64,000 bases of DNA. Source: Gekko japonicus (taxonomy: Eukaryota). This document shows positions 12,126 through 22,492 of the stretch, piece by piece. Location of the stretch: positions 730,896 through 794,895 of the forward strand of contig NW_015175363.1 of NCBI RefSeq assembly GCF_001447785.1, in the 5' to 3' direction. The notes beneath the pieces were generated by a model. That model was not told the origin of the DNA, did not search any database, and saw only the letters and a list, made by a program, of their open reading frames with translations. A program made the translations under genes and the position numbers. The stretch's first letter is position 1, and the number at the start of each line of letters is the position of its first letter.

Positions 12126-13360
12126 TTTTGATTATGTTTCAAATCATTTCCATCTTCATGGAGTGAATAATTTCAACATGGAAAAATTATGTCTCAGTTC
12201 TCCACTCAAAACTTTTAATATTTGTTAAATTCAAGATAACTTTTCCCCCACTGCCATTGAGGAATATGCTTTATTTCAGAGCACCAATCACGCTTCTAAC
12301 CTGTACAGATGTGATACCACAGACTGGAATTTTGAAATAAGTTTAACTTGTCTTCCCTAAAATCAGACTTTTCTTTAATGCTGTTTTTCTAAGAACATTT
12401 TGTACATTTCTTAAAGTGTGTGACTAGCATCCATTCTAGTAATTGCTTGTAGTAGGCTTTCTCCTGAACCCCTGTGTTTTTTCCATGGCATTTGTAAATC
12501 CAGCTTGGAGGGGGTGGAAAAGAGAGTGACAAAAGGTCTGTGGGTTAGCAAGAAGAGTGAAGAGTTTCTGTGATGCAGAAAGGTTGTTATACTTTTCAAT
12601 AAGGTACCTTTTGATACCCTTTTATGTGGACTGTCATGAATGTAACACTGATATATAAATTTAACAAGTGCTGCTGACAGTTAGCTGGTGATACTTTTTT
12701 GTTCTGTTTTCTGAAAAGGAGAGTACTTGTATATAAACTCTCTGTTTCCATTCTTTACTTGATTTGAAGGTCATCAACACAACATTTTTTCATATATCAA
12801 GAATGCACTTTCCAACCAAACTTTAGTGTGGTAAAGATCCAGTTTAATACATAGTTAAGCCAAGTTAGTCCTGTGTATCCTAGTTTGTTGCCTGAATTAG
12901 TGATATGAATTAAAAAGAAGGGGGGAAGCTCTGACTTTTCATTATGTCACACTCTAATAGCATATTCAATAATAATTACATTTTAACTTGCTCCAAGCTT
13001 TTCCTGTACTGCGTGCCAAATAATAAAATACCATATAAAACTCTATCTAAAGAACTCTCCTTTTTAAAGGTTAAATTAGAGCCAGTACAATCATCAGAGG
13101 ATTATGCAGTATTGCATAACAAGAACCAGGAAGGTTTAGTACCAAATTGCCACATTTAGTCAACCATTACAACAATGGCAAGTAGCCCTCACTGTTTTGC
13201 AGAAGCATGGGGGAAATCAATTTAAATGGCATTGACATGCTTAGTTATTAATCAGCAGTTGGAAGCTGTTTTGGAAGGAAAATAAAATATGGGTGTAAAA
13301 ATGTCATGGTATAATATAAAATTCAAACAAGAAGTCCATTTGGTACATCAAGAAGTATAC

Positions 13361-13540
13361 ATCTTCTTCGTGGTCTCTGTTCATCACACCTCTGGGATGT
13401 AGTGCGCCTGCATCGACCTCGATCAGTTCCTCTTGAAAAGCGAAAGGGATTTTCGCGCCTGCTCCCTCGTCACGTGCCGGCCCCACTGCGCATGACTAAG
13501 GGAGGGGCATGACAATCCTCCCAGTTCTCTTCTGACCGCC
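13361..13540 (+). repeat. DIRS left inverted terminal repeat
   Basis: Reverse-complementary to 18987-19140, e.g. CTAAGGGAGGGGCATGACAATCCT versus AGGATTGTCATGCCCCTCCCTTAG. Confidence 0.93.
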
Positions 13541-13737
13541 ACGCTGGTAGGATCTCCTCTGCTTCAGTCGGTAAAAATTTGGGCCTTGAGACCTATTCCT
13601 CTTTTTTCTTCGAAGTTTCTTCGTTTTTTCTTGTTTGTTTTTCGGTAAGTGAAAAGATACTACGGATTTATTTCTTTTGTGACTCTGTCATTTGGTTGTC
13701 TTTTTTCTAAGACTGTGTGTTCCCCCCCCCCCGGCCT

Positions 13738-15760
13738 ATGGCCAAGAGGTGGGGTTTCTTTAAACAGTGTCTTAAGTGCGGTAGCAAGATCGCCCCCTCT
13801 AGACGGGCACTCGCTTTGTCTTTTGTGCCTCGGGGAATTGCACCAAGTGGACTCTTGTACTCATTGCGCAAAGTTCTCAAAGCAGACAAGGAAGAACAGA
13901 GCTGCCAGACTTCGTGTTGCGCTTTTGGAGTCAGCGCTTTCACTGATGTTGCCACAGGACACTTCAGGGCATGCATCAATGTCAACTGCCGCCTGGGCAT
14001 CGATGGCTGCGTTGTCCCCAATACTGACTCATGTAGATGTCGGCCGCCTGATGCTGAAACGCTTGGCCCAGACATCTCAGTCCGAAGCCCATACTCCCTC
14101 TAAAAAACGCAGGAAATGCACGGACATCTGGCCAGTCAAACATAAAAGGCATAAGAAAACTCCCCCTGCGCAAACTCCACTGACCCCTCGGAGGACCACG
14201 GAACTGAATCCTATGGGGGCTGCTTCACTTGACTCTTCGAGCCGAGAGCAGCCACAAGTTGTACCTTGGTCACCTTCACTGTGTCCTATCCAGCTCACTG
14301 ACTCGGAGCACACTATGGACTTAACACAGATCTCCCGGTCTTCCAGTGACAAAAGCCTACATTCAGACTGCGGAGCCGAAGCGTTTGTCCATCCTTCACA
14401 GCTCCGACCTGATGATCGAGAACAGCCATCAGCACCAATCCACCCGCCACTACCGCCCTCCTGGGATTAACAGCAGTGGCAATACATGTATGGGGCCTAT
14501 CCATTTTCGGGCAGTATGCCTTGGGTCCTACCCCAAACAATGGAATGGGACCGTCAGTCCACTTCTTCCTGTCTCTCCCGACGGGCAAACCTGCCAAACC
14601 CTCGCATCTGACAATTCCAAAGTTTAAAGACCCATCGAACCCGATTCCGTCGACACAGATATTACCTGTGTCTTTTTCCAAACCGTCTGAGCACTCCGCC
14701 TCTTCTGACACTTCCTCCCAAACAGGGGACGAAACCCCTGATCCTCCGGTGGAACCCTCGCCACCTCAACAAGTGGGCGATGATCTCCTAATCTCCCCTT
14801 TGGAAGACCTAAAATCCTATGGAGATTTCATCAAGCGGATGGCTAACACGCTGATTCTGTCTACGGTACAACCCCCGCCTACTGTGACAGAATCCGTATT
14901 CATTATCGTCCAGATGGATACCTCTACCCTGATTGCCTTACCGATTACTTCAGTCCTCCTTCAGGTGGCTAAAGTCCCATGGTCTCACCCGGCATCTACC
15001 CCTGTCTTGAGCCAGAGAGTAGATCATATATATAAGCTGCAGGAGCAAGGTACTGGATTTTTATTTACCCACCCTAAACCTAATTCCATCATAGTCACCT
15101 CCTCCTCTGAAGGCAGATGCAGTCATTCCACCCCCTCTGAGAAAGAAGACTTGATTCGTTTGGAGGAAAATTTTATTCTGCTGGAGCACTTGGCATCAAT
15201 ACCTCAAACTATACAGCATGTATGGGGAGATATCAGTTTGCTCTTTGGGAGCAGATGTCTGAATTTATTGCAACCCTCCCTGAGGACTCTAACCGCCAGG
15301 CTTATAGAATTCAAAAAGAAGGAATGCTCTTGGCCAAACACCAGCTCAATGCAGCTAAGCACACACTGGACACAGCAGCCAGAACGTTGACTTCAGCGGT
15401 TTCCCTCTGATGGCATGCCTGGTTATGCTCCACGGCTTTACCACAGGACACCAGGACTCTCATTGAAGATCTCCCATTCGAGGGGGACGGCCTCTTCAGT
15501 GCTACCACTGATATGGTCCTGCAAGACCTAGGCAAAAGCATAAAAACATCACGGAATTTAGTGGTCACCTTGGCTCCTAAACTATCCAAAGCAAAATCCT
15601 GGAACACGCCATGGTCTCGCAAGCCCTCATCTAAGTCGTTCTCGGAAGCATAATGGCAACGCTCTCCCACTGTGTCTTCCCATATGGACACAAACCTAAA
15701 TTCTCGCCTGTCGCTCAGCCTAGGACTAAGACTCCCAAGGCCCCCAAGCAGAGCCTTTGA
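13738..15760 (+). pseudogene. DIRS gag-like ORF1 with an N-terminal Cys/His finger and a LAP2alpha-like C-terminal region; frameshifted
   Basis: MAKRWGFFKQCLKCGSKI shifts frame into DGHSLCLLCLGELHQVDSCTHCAKF. C-terminal LFTHPKPNS and IEDLPFEGDGLFS motifs are typical of vertebrate DIRS gag. Confidence 0.8.
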
Positions 15761-15769
15761 CTACTTTCG

Positions 15770-17809
15770 TCCCACCCCCACCCGCATGTCTCCCTACCTG
15801 GTTGCTTGGCAGTGAATAACATCCAACCAGTGGGTACTTTCTGTCGTCGAGAAGGGGTACCTAATAGAATTTATCCAGATACCCGAGGCCCCCAACTTCA
15901 TACTTACCCCACCATCTAGTATGCTCCTGGAAGAGATCCAGAACCTTCTGCAACAGGACGCTTTAGAATCAGTCCTGACAACACAACGTTAGCACGGGTT
16001 CTACTCCTGTTATTTTACGGTCCCCCAAAAAGATGGAGGACTCCGTCCTATTATGGACCTCAGGGGACTCAACCAGTTTATCTCATACCGGAAATTCAGA
16101 TTGACAACATTGCAAAGTATTCTTCTCCTTCTCAGCAGAGGTGTCTGGATAGTAACCTTGGACTTGCAAGATGCATATTTTAAACATCACGGAATTTAGT
16201 GGTCACCTTGGCTCCTAAACTATCCAAAGCAAAATCCTGGAACACGCCATGGTCTCGCAAGCCCTCATCTAAGTCGTTCTCGGAAGCATAATGGCAACGC
16301 TCTCCCACTGTGTCTTCCCATATGGACACAAACCTAAATTCTCGCCTGTCGCTCAGCCTAGGACTAAGACTCCCAAGGCCCCCAAGCAGAGCCTTTGACT
16401 ACTTTCGTCCCATCCCCACCCGCATGTCTCCCTACCTGGTTGCTTGGCAGTGAATAACATCCAACCAGTGGGTACTTTCTGTCGTCGAGAAGGGGTACCT
16501 AATAGAATTTATCCAGATACCCGAGGCCCCCAACTTCATACTTACCCCACCATCTAGTATGCTCCTGGAAGAGATCCAGAACCTTCTGCAACAGGACTCT
16601 TTAGAATCAGTCCTGACAACACAACGTNNNNNNNNNNNNNNNNNNNNNNNNNNNNNNNNNNNNNNNNNNNNNNNNNNNNNNNNNNNNNNNNNNNNNNNNN
16701 NNNNNNNNNNNNNNNNNNNNNNNNNNNNNNNNNNNNNNNNNNNNNNNNNNNNNNNNNNNNNNNNNNNNNNNNNNNNNNNNNNNNNNNNNNNNNNNNNNNN
16801 NNNNNNNNNNGCATATTTTCATATAACTATCCACCCATCCCACAGGAAGTTTTTGCATTTTGAGGTCGTGGAGGGCCACTTTCAGTACAAATCCCTCCCT
16901 TTTGGACTCTCGCCAGCACTCAGAGTCTTTACAAAAATTATGATTATCATCGCGGCGTACCTCCGTCACCAGAGTATAAAGATCATTCCGTACATAGATG
17001 ATTGGTTGTTGATAGCAAGCTCCAGACTTTCGTCCCATCCCCACCCGCATGTCTCCCTACCTGGTTGCTTGGCAGTGAATAACATCCAACCAGTGGGTAC
17101 TTTCTGTCGTCGAGAAGGGGTACCTAATAGAATTTATCCAGATACCCGAGGCCCCCAACTTCATACTTACCCCACCATCTAGTATGCTCCTGGAAGAGAT
17201 CCAGAACCTTCTGCAAAAGGACNNNNNNNNNNNNNNNNNNNNNNNNNNNNNNNNNNNNNNNNNNNNNNNNNNNNNNNNNNNNNNNNNNNNNNNNNNNNNN
17301 NNNNNNNNNNNNNNNNNNNNNNNGCTGGTCACCCTAGATGCGTTGGGCCTGAGGGTGAACCTAAAAAAGTCGATGCACCTTCCTTCATTGAGAGTCCAGT
17401 TTATCGGAGCAATTTTAGATTCGACTCTCTGCCGAGCCTTTCTCCCTCCCAAAAGGGTGGGAGATATTATCGCTCTCATCAACCTGATAAGAACACAGGG
17501 AAATTCGTCAGCAAAGCAGATTCAACTACTCTGATGGCCACCGCCACAGTGGTGCTTGTCATTGCCAGACTACGGATGAGACCACTTCAGCTGTGGTTCC
17601 TCAAACGTTTCCATCCACAGTGGTGGCTCCAGTCTCAATGGTTTGTGCTTCCTGTGCAGGTGCTGCATTCCCTACAGTGGTGGGAAAACCTAGAAAACCT
17701 CCTTCAGGGAGCCCCATTTCATACACCCAGCCCTGAACTGACCCTTACCATGAATGTATCCTTGTAGGGATGGGGAGTTCACCTCCAAGGTGTATGTGTG
17801 GGTGCCAAG
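15770..17809 (+). pseudogene. DIRS reverse transcriptase and partial RNase H, disrupted by stops, duplications and gaps
   Basis: VPQKDGGLRPIMDLRGLN, LDLQDAYF, FQYKSLPFGLS, IIPYIDDWL, ARLRMRPLQ and TMNVSL*GWGVHL. Confidence 0.9.
16182..16819 (+). repeat. 638-bp tandem duplication of 15544-16181 inside DIRS, with a partial third copy at about 17026-17222
   Basis: Near-identical sequence. The 183-N gap equals the length of 15990-16172. Confidence 0.9.
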
Positions 17810-18788
17810 TTGAACTGTTGTAAGCCATCTACATGCACTTCCTATGAAGGAAAGTGGAAGAAGTTCGTGTCTTACCTTGGGTTGCTGGGTTTACCATCGC
17901 CCCCTATGGACTTGAGGGTAATCTTCGGATTCCTGTTGACCCGCCTGGACTTGGGTCTTAGTTGCTCTTCTTTAAGAGTTTATTTAACTGCCATCTCCGT
18001 CAATCATCCTATGATAGATGGCTATTCCATTTTTTCGCACCCTCGAAGCAGTTTCTGAGGGGTCTTACTCGTCTCTTTCCTCCGGCTCGTGGGCCGATTC
18101 CCTCCTGGGACTTACCTCTGGTACTGGCTAGACTGACGGGCAATTTGAGCCCATGGCCACGTCTAGTTTGCATCTTCTCTCGTGAAAGACTGCCTTCCTG
18201 GTAGCCATTACCTCAGCAAGGAGAGTGAGTGAATTGTCTGCACCTCGCTGCGACTCTCTGTACCTGGTTTTTCACCATGATGGCGTCACCATGGCCCTGG
18301 ATGTCTCTTTCCTCCCCAAGGTTGTGTCCGAATTTCATTTGCAAGCTGATATTCCCCTTCCAACATTTTTCCCATCCCCTATAAGCGACAAGGAACGTCG
18401 TCTTCATACTTTAGACGTCAAGAGAGCCATACTCTTCTACCTCGATAGAACTAGGGCTTTCTGGCAGTCGCCAGCCTTGTTCGTCTTCCATAGTACACCT
18501 GTGCAGGGTTAGAAGCTCTCTTCACAGTGTCTATCCAAGTGGATCGTGGAAACCATTACACTGTGCTGCGTACTGGCTAAAAGGCCACTTCTGGGCCTGC
18601 TCCGAGTGCGTTCCACCCAGGCAGTAGTCATGTCCACAGCCTTTCTGAGAGGTTCGTCACTCACTGACATCTGTCAAGCAGCAACCTTAGCTACCCCTCA
18701 CACATTCGTGAAGCATTATGCCCTGGATGTGCATCTTCATCAACGTTCCATGGTGGGATGGGCAGTGTTGCAGGCGGCACAAGTCTAG
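17810..18788 (+). pseudogene. DIRS tyrosine recombinase, degenerate
   Basis: KPSTCTSYEGKWKKF, PSWDLPLVL, KTAFLVAITSARRVSEL, LHTLDVKRA, RSTQ (in place of HSTR) and TFVKHY. Confidence 0.9.
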
Positions 18789-18829
18789 GATCTTCAGCTC
18801 CCTCCTCCAGGTAGGCCTGCTTGCTAATC

Positions 18830-18924
18830 TCCCAGAGGTGTGATGCACAGAGACCCTAAAGAAGATAAACAGGTTGCTTACCTGTAACTGATGATCTTCG
18901 AGTGGTCATCTGTGCATTCACACC
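18830..18924 (+). repeat. DIRS internal complementary region (ICR)
   Basis: 18830-18866 is complementary to the element start (13361-13397). 18867-18924 is complementary to the element end (19134-19191). Confidence 0.93.
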
Positions 18925-18986
18925 ACCTGCCCTCCTTCCCTCTGCTTTTGGTCCTCTCCTTTTTCTTACTCTGAGACTGATGGCAG

Positions 18987-19191
18987 TGGTCAGAAGGAAC
19001 TGGTAGGATTGTCATGCCCCTCCCTTAGTTATGCGCAGTGGGGCTGGTGCGTGACGAGGGAGCGGGCACAAAAATTCCTTTCGCTTTTCAAGAGAAACTG
19101 ATCGAGGTTGGCACAGGCACACTATATCCTAGAGGTGTGAATGCACAGATGACCCCTCGAAGATCATCAGTTACCGGTAAGCAACCTGTTT
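18987..19191 (+). repeat. DIRS right inverted terminal repeat with 3' extension
   Basis: Inverted copy of the left ITR plus a unique end, ...GGTAAGCAACCTGTTT. Confidence 0.93.
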
Positions 19192-19324
19192 TTGTAGCAT
19201 TTTAGAACTTAGAATTTTGGGAAGTCTCAGAATATTAATGTTAGTTTTCTAATGGGGGGCATGAGCAGAAATGTAATGTAGTGCAATAGAACGAGAACTA
19301 ATTTAGACTGATTTTGTTTTCCAG

Positions 19325-19435
19325 TTATTAAAGGAGTTTAAGGATGAAGAATGGAATATGGGTGATATAGTGTTTACACTAACGAACAGACGACATGGAG
19401 AAAAATACGTTACATATGCAGAGAGTCATGACCAG
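19325..19435 (+). CDS. GBE1: GBE1 exon equivalent to human exon 11 ([37 protein letters not shown])
   Basis: ttccag acceptor and gtacca donor; 111 nt. Contains the YAESHDQ motif with the transition-state-stabilising Asp. Confidence 0.97.
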
Positions 19436-21764
19436 GTACCAAAACAAAGTCAAGAGAAAAATTGTAGTTCTGAAATAATGCTGGAAAAATGGGTACAAAT
19501 TTTGAATACATTCTTGAACAATACATCGTGTTTCTTGGGAAAGTTCAAAGCTACAGAACGTCCGAATAATCTATGAATAGCAATCTTGTCAATAAGATGA
19601 TAAAAATATTAGACAATTATATAGACCTTATGAAGTGGTTCATGTATTCTTACTTTTATGCTTACAACACTGTAAGCATATACATTATCTGTATATTGCA
19701 TATGAAAGACAGGCTGGGGAGGTCAACTTCACTGAGGCCATTTGTTGAGATTTGGAAGAGATGTTATTTGAAATGGAATTATGGTTCCCAGGTCAATCTC
19801 TTAGCCATAGCTCTATACCAGGGGTTGAATCCAGTGCAGAATTTCCACTGATGAGGGGGTATTTTCACTGATTCCTCCATCTCATAACAGACCTCTGACT
19901 CCCTTCATGAGGGTTTCCTGTACCATAGGAGCAGCATTGGATTGGGGTAGGGGGATTGTGTGCTGCATCAGGAGTGGGGAACAAGAGAAATCTTGATCAG
20001 CTGACAGAAATTCCTTCCATCAGCAGAGGTTTTCTCTGGCCTTCAACCTCAGGTTTTTAACCATGACAAGGATTTAGGGATGTTTCAGGCACAGTAATGA
20101 TGTTGCAAAAAAGTAATATCTGTTGAGATGTATGTGAACTTCTGCAGTACAGGACTGTATTTATTATTATTGATTTCTCGTCAGATGTTTGGAGCAGGCT
20201 GGCAACTTTTGCTTTCCCATAGATAAATATCTAGGCAGTCAAGTAAGCTTTCCCATAGATAAATATCTAGGCAGTGGACTCAGTCGAGGGGACTGTGAGC
20301 TCCAAGAATGATTGAGCTGGGGTGTTGCACCTCTTCCCTGCTGTGCTGATATTTTTAGCCTGAGATGCTTCACAGTGGGGAGTGGGAGGGTTGATATGTC
20401 TTGTAATGGGCAAAGACCATGCTTTAATTTGAAAGGTGACTAGCAGAGCAACCTTAAGGGGAGGTGGCAAATCAGAATAGGGACCTGACTGATCCCTATA
20501 CCGGCGTAAGGGCAGTTTATGCTGGTGCAGGGCATTAGCGGTGTGGTGCTGTTGAGTCCCACTGGCTCAGGAGCACTGTAGCCACACACCAGTGGAGCAA
20601 CAGCACAATCCCTGCCGCCAGTGTAGATGTGGGCATTTCAGGACTGTGGCAGCAGTTAGGTGGCTTCTTAAGTGTTTTCAGCATGGGAATGCCCCCTTGA
20701 GTAAGCACAAAGCCGCATCAGAAAAAAATAGTGTCATAGCTCGTTTACAGCCATGGTAACTTCAAATTCAGTCCCCCACACAGAGCTGTGGCCATGCCCC
20801 CAGGACCCCAAGCAGTTCAGAATACCCACTAAGTGCGTACCCAATCAGCACACTCCACCACTCTGGCTGTGCTCCTCTCGGGACCCAGTCATCCCCCTCA
20901 CCCTACAAATGTTTCCAGGCGGTCGCCCCAGAATTCCAGAGGTAGTATGCATGGCATGGAATGCTGTCTGATAGCTCCCTGCCGTGCATACTTGGAGGGA
21001 GCGTACATGCACCCCAGTGATGGGCACAACACATACAGGGCACCTAGCACTGCTGGGCAAGCGCCTGGGGGAATATACCCCAGGGAGATCAGAGTCCATA
21101 TTTTGTGGCTGACTTCTCCCAGATTTCATCCAGCACACCAGGCCCTCCACCAGAATCCCAAAGGGAAGCTGCATGTGAACAGGTAGGCAAGCCTTCCAGT
21201 CCCCTATCCCTGTACCTCCTCTGAGCCTACCACAGTAGCACTGAGCCGTCCTCTGGGCCTACCACAGTGGCACTGAGCTGAACTGGACATGTTATCTGCC
21301 CCCTGAACCTGGCAGCTGTGGGGGCAAGCATACGCAGGTGCCAATCCAACAGGGAGAAGTGACACTCCAACTGCGTAGCCAAGTTCTCACACTGCAGCAG
21401 AAGCCACTCCTTGTAAGTGCTCAGACACATACAGCATCCTAGTCATTCCCTCCACACTGCCATTGAGGAGGTGCCCCTAGTGGCAAAGGACTGAGCAGGA
21501 TACTGGTCACAGGGGTTGTGATCTAATGAGAACCAGTCCATTGTCCCAGGCTCTCTTTGATAAAGTTGAATCATTGTGCCTGGCTGAGGTATTAGTGTCT
21601 GTTGGAGACCCACAGGGGAGGGAGTGACAGGAGGGTGTTGAAGCAACAAAGACCCAGTGGACACAAGGGTCAGGGCCTCAACCTGGTAAAATTGCAGCCA
21701 CAGAAACAGACACAGATGAGCAGAGGGTAAGGCACTGTCGCAGCCACTGCCACATAGTGCACAG

Positions 21765-22492
21765 GCATGATTGACTGCAATAAAAAAGGCCCACGCTATG
21801 CTGGGGATTATTAGGAATTGAGAACAAATCATCCAGTATCATAATGCCCCTGTATAAATCGATGGTATGTCCTCATTTGGAGTACTGTGTACAGTTCTGG
21901 TCACCACACCTCAAAAAGGATGTTATACCATTGGGAAAAGTGCAGAAAAGGGCAACTAGAATGATAAAAGGGTTGGAACACTTTCCCTATGAAGAAAGGT
22001 TAAAGCGCTTGTGGCTCTTTAGCTTGGAGAAATGACGGCTGAGGGGTGACATGACTGAGGTTTATAAGATTATGCATGGGATAGAGCAGGTCGAGAAAGA
22101 AGTACTTTTCTCCCTTTCTCACAATACAAGAACTCGTGAGCACTCCATGAAATTGCTGAGCAGTTGGGTTAGAACAGATAAAAGGAAGTACTTCTTCACC
22201 CAAAGAGTGATTAACACATGGAGTTCACTGCTACAGGAGGTGGTGGTGGCTACAAGCATGTACAGCTTCAAGAGGGAACTGGATAAACATATGGAGCAGA
22301 GGTCCATCAGTGGCTATTAGCCACAAGGTATAGATAGGAACTCACAGGCTGGGGCAGGTGATGCACTGTATTCTTGGTGCTTGGGGGGGGGCAACAGTGG
22401 GAGGGCTTCTAGTGTCTTGGCCCCACTGCTGGACCTCGTGATGGCACCTGGTATTTTTGGCCACTGTGTGACAGAGTGTTGGACTAGATGGC
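21765..22492 (+). mobile_element. CR1 LINE 3' fragment (RT C-terminus and 3' UTR)
   Basis: PLYKSMVCPHLEYCVQFWSPHLKKD...YEERLKRL.LFSLEK and EVYKIMHG...RKYFFTQRVINTWSSL. Confidence 0.92.

Larger units (their letters stand above)
13361..19191 (+). mobile_element. DIRS1-type tyrosine-recombinase retrotransposon, both ends present, ORFs disrupted
   Basis: Left ITR, gag, RT (LDLQDAYF; YKSLPFGL; YIDD), RNase H start, YR (AITSARRVSEL, LDVKRA, TFVKHY), ICR and right ITR occur in canonical DIRS1 order. Confidence 0.95.
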
